A stretch of 64,000 bases of DNA from Macrostomum lignano (taxonomy: Eukaryota): assembly GCA_002269645.1 (NCBI GenBank), contig NIVC01000687.1:62001-126000 (forward strand). Reading direction: 5' to 3'. A program made the position numbers and the translations under genes. The stretch's first letter is position 1; each line of letters starts with the position of its first letter. The notes under the pieces are model-generated. The model did not search any database, was not told where the DNA came from, and saw only the letters and a list, made by a program, of their open reading frames with translations. Below, one piece after another: positions 12,084 to 24,600 of the stretch.

Positions 12084-13473
12084 ATGTCTCGATTCCTACT
12101 AGCTGTTGGATTCTCCCTGTGCCTGCTGATCACTGTTGTCAGCGCCGAGACTGGTACGTTGCATTAACAGATAAGACTGTCTTCTTTCAGAACTCGTATA
12201 TCTTTGATCAATACTCGCACATGTCAAGTTGATGCGCAAAATGTTTCATTGCAGTTTTTTACACTGATGAGGCTATCCAGACAACATCTACTCCAACGAC
12301 GGTAGCGTCTGGTGGCAGCCTGACCGAGTGCGCGCTGAAATGCAAGCTGCAATTCCTGAAGGGCTGCTCCGCTGCCGCCTTTGTATCTGGGACGCAAAAA
12401 TGCCTCCTCGCGGACACAACCAATGCCGACTTTCCTGGCGGAGTAGCTGTCCGAAAGCAAGCTGCGAGCACTCGTAAGAAGCTGAATGCGATGGCTGTTA
12501 AGTTTGGCTACGCTTTACTTTGATTATTCAAGCAAATCACTTCAGACCTTACCGTGTTCCAAGCAGAAAATAGCTGTTAAATTTGTGCACAAACTTAGCA
12601 ACCATGTTGATTAATTTTCACCTTACTAAGAGTACGTGTATGTCATTATCCGCCACAACTGTGACATTTTAGAATACTTAATAGCAACTTAAAATGAGTG
12701 TAGCAACCAAAAGTTATACTTTTTGAGCACAGTTACATGTAGACTGCTCAAGATATTACAGCTATTCTCTGTCGGCAACTAACGAATGAGTTCGAAAAGA
12801 ATTCAATGACAACAGAGAATTGATTGCGATTATTTTTCAGAAGACCCAGTTCAAATCGAAGGCCGAACATTCAAAATCATTCAACACCGATCGAAGGGAC
12901 TGCTCAGCTTCGGTCGCGGATGGACTGAGTATGAGGACGGCTTTGGAGATGAGACCGACTTCTGGATTGGTGAGCAGTAATGGATTGTCACCAGAAAGGA
13001 ATACATGCCATAGTTAAGGTGTCATATCAAATACATTTTCAGGTCTGAGAAAAATTCACCAGCTGACCGGAAGCTCGCCGAAGCTTCTGCGAGTCGAGGC
13101 CGTCACCTGGTCGGATGAGCTGTACGTCTGCGAGTACTCCGGCTTCACGGTGGCCGATGCCAGCACGAACTATACCATGACCTACACTTCGTACCTGAGC
13201 GGCAGCTCCAACACGACCACCGACTCGCTTGCGGATAACAAAGGGAAGCAGTTCTCCACAATTGACCGCGACAATAACCAAATCAGTAGCTCCTGCTCTG
13301 CTGCGCGTGGCAACTCCGGTTGGTGGTTTAAAAGCTGCACAAAGTCCAACCCGAACGGAATTTATCACGCCTCTCCAGTGAATAATAATTTAAACTATAT
13401 TTACTGGACAGGTGCCACAGGTGGCAGTGTGTTTACACTGAAGAGCATTCGACTCATGCTACAGCTGGCTTGA
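12084..13473 (+). CDS. Secreted PAN/apple + FReD protein FReD-B1 (282 aa; exons 12084-12153, 12255-12473, 12841-12969, 13043-13473)
   Basis: Signal peptide MSRFLLAVGFSLCLLITVVSA. PAN-like CALKC..GCSAAAF..KCLL. FReD motifs present. GT-AG introns in the same phases as FReD-A; total 849 nt. Confidence 0.92.
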
Positions 13474-14029
13474 GTGCCCGAATCGGCGACTCTGCAGCAA
13501 GCAGCTCGAGATGTCGTTCAATAAGTCGCGAGTTTATCGACGAACTTGACAAAACAAACTGGTCTATAAAACAGAAATTGTTCTTCACACAGACATGCAA
13601 CAGTTGCCCAGAAAATATTTTTTATCAAATTTTTAAAATAGGAGCTAAGTCCGCAAAGTAAGTTTTTAATTTTCAAAATTATTTTCTTTTTAAATTTTGA
13701 AATCTCTATTATAATTCCTTTCAAAAAGCTAAGTTTAAAATAAAGCTAATAGTTTCCAGAATTTGAACTTCAACTGTCAACAGCAACAAATCACTTGTTT
13801 GTGTTGTTCTTTTCTTATTATTTCTGTCGGATGAAGAGTGCGTTAAATAAAATGCCTGGAGCTATCATTAGTGGGATGAAGCTATTGAAGAGACTGACTG
13901 TTCGTTGTCAACCATCAACCATTTCAACGTACGGTTGCGCAAGCTTTCGACCCATAGGAAATAGCAGGTCTCATCAGACAAACACGAATATGTCAGACGA
14001 AGGATTCAGTGAGCATAGCAGTGGCTTTT

Positions 14030-14333
14030 ACTAGAGGCAGGGGGCTGTGCGCAGCTTGGCGCACTTCAAGCGAAATTGTCGCACAACCGACGAGGGGCAT
14101 TACTGCTCATTCTGCCGACTCCCCTGAGTAGGCACACAAACGCGCAGATAAGTGCGCAGTCATACGCACAGGCACGCACTCAGATAGGAGTGCACAACGG
14201 CCCTAACTTGGTAATCAAGGGCGTTAATTGCCCGAGCAGAGCCAATTTTGCTCCAAATTAATTTGACTGCATTCGGAATCGAGCCTGGGCTCCTGGCACA
14301 TCAGAGCGTCGCGCTAGACCACTCTATGGCCGC
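14030..14333 (-). mobile_element. tRNA-derived SINE family 2 (unit X)
   Basis: A-box and B-box like head; homologous to 28640-28958 on the opposite strand. Confidence 0.6.
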
Positions 14334-14843
14334 TCCACAGACCTCCATTTGGGCCATAGACAATAAGCAGCAAGTCTGCAATGGCTTGGTTCCCTCACTA
14401 AGTGTTAAATTGCCGGTTTTCCGAGGCTCAATTCGAAAGTAGAATGCTTTAATATTTGATAATATACAATAATTGATTACACCTGCCCTAAAAGCAGATG
14501 TGCAACCGAGAGCTCAGCGCATCTGAAGGCTGCGTACGGCTGTTCAGTCCAAGGACTGGAGGGGGGGGGGTCACCACACACCCCCAATTACCCCAGCGAA
14601 TGCTGCCACCCATTTTACTGCTGGGTAAACTGAAGCAATTCAGAGATTTAATTGGTCTTTGCTTGCTCAAAGACACAAACTGTTCCAGTGGGATCGAGAA
14701 TAGAACCTCCGATCTTTAAGTCGTGATTCCGACGCTTTAACCATTATTATGCTTCCAATAAGCAACTCTGTCACAGCCTCTATATATCTTGTGAAAGTTC
14801 TATTAAGTAAAATTTATTTCAATGTCTCATGCAAACGACTCAC

Positions 14844-15200
14844 CTGGTCAGTCTGGGCTCCGGACAGCGGCTCGCGCAGTCGCACCTGAACCTCAAGCCG
14901 GCCGCCAACCGCCTTTCTGCCATCCATGAGATCAATACCCCGGTGCAAGGTGCACTGGGTCTCCAGGTCCTCCAGCTTCATTGTGGCCGACCCCAGCAGG
15001 CCGTCCTTCTTCAGAAAGCCACGCCGGTACATGACATCGAATTTCAGTCCGCGAATTTTGAACACCCGAGCGGTGCTGCGCGCTTCGCGGTTCACCTCGA
15101 AGCGGGTGGCGAAATCGTAGCTGGGATTGGCGCTGGCCTTCACCCAGCCCGTGCTCTGCGTCAGCGGCGACTCAGTGCTGATTGGCAGCTCGACTTTCAC
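14844..15200 (-). other. Duplicated CC2D1 C2-domain exon (orphan copy, unit X), intact
   Basis: 357 nt with intact acceptor and GTGAGT donor. It carries I>V and K>E changes relative to the unit W copy. Confidence 0.9.
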
Positions 15201-15253
15201 CTGCTGGGGTTGGTGGAATCTGAATTGAATAGGGGATCAGGTTTGAGCTCTTA

Positions 15254-16296
15254 AACCAGCAGGTGAGATGGGGATGGCAAACCTACAGGTGAGATGGGGA
15301 TGGCAAACCAGCAGGTGAGATGGGGATGGCAAACCAGCAGGTGAGATGGGGATGGCAAACCGGCAGGTGAGATGGGGATGGCAATCCAGCAGGTAAGATG
15401 GGGATGGCAAACCGGCAGGTGAGATGGGGATGGCAAACTGGCAGGTGAGATGGGGATGGCAAACTGGCAGGTGAGATGGGGATGGCAAACCGGCAGGTGA
15501 GATGGGGATGGCAAACCGGCAGGTGAGATGGGGATGGCAAACTGGCAGGTGAGATGGGGATGGCAAACCGGCAGGTGAGATGGGGATGGCAAACCAGCAG
15601 GTGAGATGGGGATGGCAAACCGGCAGGTGAGATGGGGATGGCAAACCAGCAGGTGAGATGGGGATGGCAAACTGGCAGGTGAGATAGGGATGGCAAACCA
15701 GCAGGTGAGATGGGGATGGCAAACCGGCAGGTGAGATAGGGATGGCAAACCAGCAGGTGAGATGGGGATGGCAAACCGGCAGGTGAGATGGGGATGGCAA
15801 ACTGGCAGGTGAGATGGGGATGGCAAACCAGCAGGTGAGATGGGGATGGCAAACCGGCAGGTGAGATGGGGATGGCAAACCGGCAGGTGAGATGGGGATG
15901 GCAAACTGGCAGGTGAGATGGGGATGGCAAACCAGCAGGTGAGATAGGGATGGCAAACCAGCAGGTGAGATGGGGATGGCAAACCGGCAGGTGAGATGGG
16001 GATGGCAAACTGGCAGGTGAGATGGGGATGGCAAACCAGCAGGTGAGATGGGGATGGCAAACCGGCAGGTGAGATGGGGATGGCAAACCGGCAGGTGAGA
16101 TGGGGATGGCAAACCAGCAGGTGAGATGGGGATGGCAAACCGGCAGGTGAGATGGGGATGGCAAACTGGCAGGTGAGATGGGGATGGCAAACTGGCAGGT
16201 GAGATGGGGATGGCAAACCGGCAGGTGAGATGGGGATGGCAAACCGGCAGGTGAGATGGGGATGGCAAACCAGCAGGTGAGATGGGGATGGCAAAG
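15254..16296. repeat. 26-bp minisatellite, about 40 units
   Basis: Same unit as 1180-2169. Confidence 0.97.
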
Positions 16297-17540
16297 CTGG
16301 GATGGTGTGGAGAGGATGGCAAGACGAACATGATGATGATGGGCAAGATGGGCAAACTGAAACATGTCCCCCCAGTAAATGCTATATGGGGACATGCCAA
16401 TGCTTTGTCCCCCCACACCCCACCTTGTGACTCGTCAAAAATAAATTATTTTTCTTCAGGGCGTCAAAATATAAGGCCTTCGGCGCTAAAAGGAATGCCT
16501 GCGGCGCCAAAAAAGGTGCCGGCGGCGCCAAAATGAGTGCTGACAACGCGATTCTCAAAAGAATGAAAATGTACGAATTTAGTCATGTACATGTTGAATT
16601 CTGGGCTTCGTCACCCACCATAAAAAAGCCATGGCGACGTCCCTGATCAAGCCATTTCAAGTTTAAGAAAAAATCTGCGTTCTGTCTTCTGTTTTCAATC
16701 AAAGACTTTTTCGAAGCCTTCTTAGTGATCATAAATAACAGAATTTCAGTATCCTAGGACCTGAGTCTCGAGACTCAAGATATATTTTTTGTATCATCTT
16801 TTTATATTACTTTTCGTTTTTTGAAAACTACTGCTGCTAATTGAGCGACCCTATTAAGCTGCCAAGAATTTACCAAGAAATCTGAATATTTTTTGGGTAC
16901 TGCTGCATCGTCCACATTATTTTTGTCTTGTCGATCTGAAAGTCTCCTGTGTTGAATCTCGCTCTTTGGGGGCAGGTAGTCGAGAAGTTATAGGACATAC
17001 CCGACCATCAGTAGTTGCAATCCCCTTCATTACTTGTTATCGACAGGGCAGCACAGAGACTTCTACAGATAAAAAACGGAAACGCACATTTTGAAATTGA
17101 TGCGAAAAAATGCATTTCTATTCTTACATTTCACTGCTAGATTTGCACAGTTAATGCAATGCTATACATTTACCTTAATCGATGCAAGATTTCAAGGAAA
17201 CTGGCTTGCTAGAAAAAATGTCTAGAAAGGTACCGGTATAACTGCAGTGACTTCCGCTGCGCTAAAAGCTTTAGTTTAAAAAAAGTTGAGCGACAGACAA
17301 GAACAGGGAAGTAACCAAGTCTCGTTGGAGATATTCACTCTGTTTACTCAACCCAACTTCTCTCAGTCAACATTACTTAGCAAACTCAAAACCTGCTTTT
17401 AAGGCTTTTGCAGTGCAGCAGGCCCAGCTGCTTATTTTAGAGTTAAAAAAGTCAGCAGCTGACTATCTATATAAGATCGACAGCGATAGGGACTGGCTGA
17501 CAGAGCTGTCTGTGCCTCCATCAGGTGCAGAGCACTCAGC

Positions 17541-18729
17541 ATGCAATCAATCCTCATTGCCGTTGCTGTCGCTCTCTGCAGCGGCTCAACTGTTTGGACT
17601 CTGGACAGTGCAGCATCTGGTAAGTCAAGCTTTTTGAATGAGTGTGGAAGTACTTCAGTAGTTGTTAAGAAGGTTTAAATTCATGCGATTTGCAGTGTTT
17701 TCTCAAGAGGAAGTTGCGCACACCACACCTGCTCCGATTCACCACGAGCCCGGTCGAAGCGTCGCTGACTGCGCTCTGAAATGCGAGCAGCCCATCGTGA
17801 AGTTCTGCTCCGCCTTCGCCTTCGTGCCAGAGAAGAAGCTCTGCCTGCTCTCCGAGATACCGACTGTCGATTTTGCACCTGTCGCTCCTGGTGAACTGGT
17901 TTATCGAAAGCTTATGGCTAGTAAGTTTTTATATCGAGCCTGTGTTCACTAATAATGAAATGAATAGCTGTGAATTCTAAAAGGTGTGAAAAGTCGCTCA
18001 ATGGTAGCAAATATCAATCCCTTTGATTTATAAATGAATTCACTAGTTCACGCACCGCTAGACACACTTAAACATTGTTTGCTTTTTTGATATATCAGAA
18101 CGAATCGTCCAGATCAACGGACGAGAATTCCAAGTGATTCAGCACAGGTCGAAGGGCGAGCTGAGCTTTGCTCGCAGCTGGACTGAGTATGAGAACGGCT
18201 TTGGAGACGATACGGACTTCTGGATTGGTGAGCAGGACACTTTAGCTTCACCAAACACCAATCGAATCAATAAAGACTTAAGAATGATTTCATTTTTTAC
18301 ATTTCAGGCCTTCGCAAAATCCATGAGCTGACCGGGAGCTCGCCGAAGCTTCTGCGAGTCGAGGCCGTCACCTGGTCGGATGAGCTGTACGTCTGCGAGT
18401 ACTCCGGCTTCACGGTGGCCGATGCCAGCACGAACTACACCATGACTGGCATTTCGTACCTGAGCGGCAGCTCCAACACGACTGCCGATTCGTTCACTTA
18501 TAACAGGGGGATGCAGTTCTCCACCATGGACCGGGACAACGACCAATTTGGAAATCATTGTTCCAGCAGCTTTGGAAACTCCGGTTGGTGGTTCAAAAGC
18601 TGTTCGCATACCAACCCAAACGGTATCTATTATAGCACTGCTATTACTAAAACAAATACAATGCACTGGGCTAGTGCTACATCCGGGAATGATGTTGCAC
18701 TGAAGAGCATTCGATTGATGATCCATTAG
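17541..18729 (+). CDS. Secreted PAN/apple + FReD protein FReD-A2 (284 aa; exons 17541-17619, 17696-17920, 18099-18227, 18308-18729)
   Basis: Same exon sizes as A1 (79/225/129/422 nt). Signal peptide MQSILIAVAVALCSG. TATATAA at 17468. Confidence 0.92.
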
Positions 18730-19429
18730 GTTTGATGATAATTAGCAGTCACCTACCTACGTTGAGCTGGAGCCAACTATTTTAATAACATCAAACTGGT
18801 ATCTCACGTGGCAGTTGAGCAATCCAACTCACTCAAGACTATAACCGTACGAGAAAATAAGTGTAAGTGAGCTTTAGTAGGAAACATTACCAAGGAGCTG
18901 TAATCCATTGATGCGAGCGTTGCAGTTTATGATCGTGCCTTTTTTAACTCTTAATATTCAAGCTTAGGCAGTAACTCAGTACGTCAGTCTAATGAAAAAT
19001 TACTGATAAAAAAGCATTCGTTTTTTGTTCAGAAAAAGTTGTCAAGTTTCTTAAAAAAAAACTGTGTATTCCTGTCTATTTCTGTGTATCGGTGAACCTC
19101 TACACTTTGTATGACACATATTCCTTCTCGCTTTCTCACTTTCTCAAAAAATCACAACTGCGGTACTCAAAAAAACCTTTAACCTCATACTGAAAAAATC
19201 TAAAAATTTAAGCTTTTCAAAAAATCTTTTGATTATTGTGACAAGATCATTTTCTAACCCGTGCGTTTCTAATTCATATTCATATTTTGCTAAGCGTCCA
19301 AGATTCCGAAATCCATAAACTGAAACTAAGTTTCGTTATGTAAATTTCTCTTGTTCTTAGCCTAATGTATTCCACACTGTACTCTTAATCTACCCCGGAA
19401 GTGTTTTGCTAGCAAATAATCTTAGTAAG

Positions 19430-19650
19430 TTTCCCCGCTCCCATAGACAGCACACTCTCCATATTCCCCGCTCCCATAGACAGCACTCTCCATATTCCCC
19501 GCTGCCATAGAAAGCACTCTCCATATTCCCCGCTGCCATAGACAGCACTCTCCATATTCCTAGCTGCCATAGACAGCACTCTCCATATTCCTAGCTGCCA
19601 AAGACAGCACTCTCCATATTCCGAGCTGCCAAAGTCAGCACTCCAGTCCT
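19430..19650. repeat. 31-bp minisatellite, short version (about 7 units)
   Basis: Paralogous to 5745-6480. Confidence 0.9.
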
Positions 19651-21641
19651 GGCTTGCGTGGAATACATTTTATTGATACTATTTCACCGAATCGAGGAGA
19701 ATATCTGTGCAGAATATACGAGTCGAAAATAAATAAAGTACATATATACGTCGTACAAAGCAGGCCTAAATTTACTCAACTCATTTATCCCCTTTTTATC
19801 TGTTTTAGCTGTTCTATCATCTCAAAGTACTCGTATTTGCCTATAATATTAAGTTCTTATTACCATTCAGTTTTCTTGAATGCAAGACGTTCTACAAAAA
19901 TAAACTATTAAAGTCTTTAAACTTGACCTATCAACGACATAAGCAAAATGATCTACAAACAGAGCCAAATTCTGTTTGCTGTTTGATTATTACTGTCGAG
20001 TTTTTGGCGAACAAAGACTACGAATATTTCGACTATTACGTTGCAATGCAGAACCTTAAATGCCGGGGTAAATATATTAAACAGCTTAACCAAGCCAGCT
20101 CCAACTCACACTGTCACGCGGCAAAAAGGTAAACAATGCCTTTAATGCTTGTATCAGTATCGTGTGCAGGAACCACGAGTGACTCGTCGTTGGCGTCCTG
20201 ATCACCATGCAGTCTTGAACTCTTGGGGCAGCTGCTATCAGACATTCAGAACCGTCAGTCGCGAACTGTTCAGCATTCTGTAGGGCACCCCTTGCTGAAC
20301 TCTTCTTTATACGAAGTCCCAGACATGCTCGATGGGGTTTATTTCTAGAGAGATTTTGACTGCCATAGTGTGGCACAGGGGCGTCGCATTGGATTTTACA
20401 ATATGTGTGGACGAAGCCAAGAATTCTACATGTACATGACTTAATTCGTAAATGCGCATTATTTTGAGAATCGGTATCGTTAGCGCTCATTTCGGTACCG
20501 CAGGCAGGCACACATTTTGCATGGCGCCGCATCCAGGCAATCCTTTTGACATCGCGCAGGGAGGCGCTCATTTTGTAGTGGGGGGGGGGGGTTGGCTGTT
20601 GCAGAGTATGCATAAATGTGTCCTTAATTTTTCAGCTGTCGATTCAGCAGAATTTTAGTCTAAATCCGCAACTGATCTATTTTCTGCTACACATTCTTTA
20701 CGAGTACATGCAGGCATTTCCCAGTCCTAACAATGAGTTTGACTGCTCCTTTGTAATCTAATCAAAGTCAAGCGACTTTGCCAACAAATCCTTTGCCACT
20801 TTGCTACGGTTTCAGCGAAGCCTTTCGCAAAATTCTTGTGTGGTTTACGTGCAGCTGAAATAGACTACCGAGGACGGCCAAGGCATCCAGAGCTGCCCGT
20901 GAAGAAGGCCCGCTGTGTCAGCTCAAGCCAAATGGTCTCAAAGTGAGATATGATTAAACGACCAAGCCTGCAGGGGAGTCACCCCCGAGCACAATGGTAG
21001 CAGACCTCGGTAACAGAGGCCAAGAAAGGCGGACAGCCCAACTGGTAGTTAATTATGAGTACACTGCAGCATGCGCACATGAAAAAGGCACAGTTTCCCG
21101 TTAATAATTAGTTTATAAGCAGCCTATCGTTTGACGACCAATATTACTCAAAAACTGCAGAAACCATTTAAAACGAGGAAAAAAACCAATTGATAAACAT
21201 GAAAAGCTTATTTACCAATTAGAATTCATAGCTGAATATATATATATAGAGAAAGTATTATTTGCTTTATTAACATGTTCATATATGAAATACTTTAAGT
21301 CTGAATTATAATCATCCAAATATGAAAGCTAATTAATAAATAAACATCGATATTATTAACATTTGCTCAAAATAGTTTTTAAGCGCGGAGTCAATTAACA
21401 GCCAATAGCATTATTCATTAAGCAGAGCGATTCCCCCTACTTCAAGTAGCATAGATGACGTTTCATACGAAATTAGGATTATCAAAACAAAAATTACCTG
21501 GCAATCAGAAGCCATAGCGGATCAGTTCAGAAGACTTTTGGCCCAAATACTTAATTAGTCAGGACTTAAAACTTCCACTTTCCATGGCTTGCTCCGCCCA
21601 CCCAAAGAGTCGACAAGACCCGAATTTGTTAAACTTTGCAG

Positions 21642-24600
21642 TCACCGCAACCGCGAACTGACATCCTGAAACTCCCTGTCCGCCTCCTTCTTCTTTTTAA
21701 GAAACTTCTCAGCCTTGCCCCTGTCCTTCTCCTGCAAAGCCGATTTGGCGTGCTGAGCATAGGTGGCCGACAGCTGCTGCAGCACTGAGCAGTACTGCCG
21801 CTTCTCAGCCTCGCCACAGTTGGCCAGCAGCTGCTTGTGCTGGGCGAGGCGCTGCTCAAGGCCTCTGACAGCTTCGGCAGCTTTCGAGTTCGTGCCAGCA
21901 TGCGGCTTCAGCAGGCTGATCTCGTACTGCAGCACGTAGGCGCTGCTCTCCGGCACTGAGCCCTGAGGATGGCCAGCCCGACTGCCGCCTGCTCTGCTAG
22001 CCGATGCCTGGCGGCTTGGCGGCAGCTCCTGGTTGGTGTGCTCAATTAGCAGCCACTGCTCACGGACCTGAGGAAAGGGAAGTGAGGGATGGCATAGATC
22101 TAGGGGTTGTTGAGTTTAACAATCCATGACGGGGTTGTAGCCTAGTGGTTAGAGCGTCGGACTCACGACTTCAAAGTCGGGGGTTCGATTCCCGATCCTA
22201 CTCACAACAATTTGTGTCCTCGAGCAAGACACTTAACTCTGCATTGCTTCAGTTCACCCAGCTGTAAAATAGGTGCCAGAATTTTCTGGGGTAATTGAGG
22301 GTGTATGTGTGTGTGTGTGTGTGTGGCGACCCCCCGTCATTGGACTGAACAGCAGTACGTATGCAGCCTTCGAAAGCGCCGCGCAAAAGCTGCGGCTGAG
22401 CTGTCGGTTGCACATTTGTCTATTAGGGCAGGCATAATGAATTGATATTATTAGCAGTTATTATGTTTTAATAAATTATTTTTAAAGAGCTCTAGTTATT
22501 GCTTGGAGTTGTTTCCCATTCATGCTAGCGAATCAAGCGGATACGACTAGGGCACAGATATCCCACACATCACACACAAGTTTGCTAAATTCTAATCAAA
22601 TATGGTGCGCTTGCCTAGTAAAGCGATGCATCAACAGCGTAAAACTTTTTTATCTCAGTCCCTCAATGCAAGCAGTGGGAAACCAACTGCTTACTGATGA
22701 GACAGAGCGCTGGATAAAGCCTCTGTTGAAATTTACTGCTTTAAAAAGCATTCAGATTCCCTGCTGCGTGTAGATAGATCAAATATTGCAATGACTGTCA
22801 CTTGGGATTCTACTACTTTGCGTAGCCTCTGCAAAGACTGAATAAAGCAACCGTTGCTGCACACATGCTGTAAGAGGGCGGCGGTCAGAAGTCTCTAGCA
22901 GGTATTGGAAGGCTTCAAGCCAGTAGGACAGTCAATCTGAACTACATGCTTCGCGGAATGCGAGAAAAGCAGATGGAGAGGCAGAGCCATGGGGAAGCGT
23001 TAACTGTAAGGGTAGGAAAGAAGTCAAGAAGGAAGCAGCTGGTTGGCGCATTGTATTTACTAACCGCCTCTCATGGTTTAGCCCGCGCTCAGCCTCGCAT
23101 AACAGAAGGCGCTCCGCCCACAGTCCCTGGTAACCATGGAAATTTTTTGTCACGCAAATAAAAAAGAACCTACGATGGTGAGAATAGGGATGGAGTTTAA
23201 TCACCCTTGCTGAGCAAATTCGAAATCATGCCTCACTTCCTACTAGCTGTTGGATTCTCTCTGTGCCTGCTGACTGTTGTCAGCGCCGAGAATGGTACGT
23301 TGCTTTGTCAAATCAGTCTGTCTTCTTTAAGAACTCGTATATCTTTGATCAATAAATGCCAATTTGTCAATGTAAAATGTCAATTTGATCCAAAAATATT
23401 TCCTTGCAGTTTTCTACACTGATGAGGCTATCCAGACAACATCTACTCCAACGACGGTAGCGTCTGCTGGTGGCAGCCTGACCGAGTGCGCGCTGAAATG
23501 CAAGCTGCAATTCCTGAAGGGCTGCTCAGCTGTCGCCTTTGTGCCAGGGACGCAAAAATGCCTCCTTGCGGACATCACTAATGTTGACTTTCCTGGCGGA
23601 GTAGCTGTCCGAAAGAAAGCTGCTAGCACTCGTAAGAAATTTATTGTGATGGCTGCTAAGATTGCTTATTTTGCTCATTTGAGCAAATTACTTCATTTTA
23701 CTTCATACTCCATATGTTCATTATTGATCTCCTTACTACCAGTACGTGTCCATTATCCGCCTCAATTGTGATATTTTAGAATACTTAAAACTTAAAACTT
23801 AAACTTGAAATGAGTGTACCAACCAAAAGTTTTACTTTTTGAGCACAGTTACATGTTTACTTTTCAAGATATCACAGCTATTCTCTGCCGCCAACTAACG
23901 AATGATTTCGAAAAGAATTCAATGTCAAGAGAGATTTAATTGTTATTTTTTAGAAGATCCAGTTCAAATCGAAGGTCGAACATTCAAAATTATTCAACAC
24001 CGATCCAAAGGACTGCTTAGCTTTGGTCGCGGCTGGAGTGAGTATGAGGACGGCTTTGGAGATGAGACGGACTTCTGGATTGGTGAGCAGTAAAGAAGGA
24101 TTGTCATCTGAGCAGCGCATAAAATGATTTATTTAGACAGAATGCTTGGTCGGACAAAAGATGATATAAAATACATTTCAGGTCTCCGTAAAATGCACCA
24201 GCTGACCGGGAGCTCTCCGAAGCTTCTGCGAGTCGAGGCCGTCACCTGGTCGGATGAGCTGTACGTCTGCGAGTACTCCGGCTTCACGGTGGCCGATGCC
24301 AGCACGAACTACACCATGACCTACACTTCGTACCTGAGCGGCAGCTCCAACACGACCAGCGACTCGCTTGCCGCTAACAAAGGGAGGCAGTTCTCCACAA
24401 CTGACCGCGACAATGACCAAAGAAGTGACTCCTGCTCTGCTGATCGTGGCAACGCCGGTTGGTGGTTTAACAGCTGCTCAAAGTCCAATCCGAATGGAAT
24501 TTTTTTCGGAAAGTTGGTGTATGATTTGAACTATATTTACTGGACAGGTGCCACAGGTGGCAGTGTGTTGACACTGAAGAGCATCCGACTCATGCTACAT

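Noticed and set aside
22128-22203. tRNA gene (Val-CAC-like)
   Set aside because: The anticodon and acceptor stems do not pair properly, and it runs into a SINE body with other copies.
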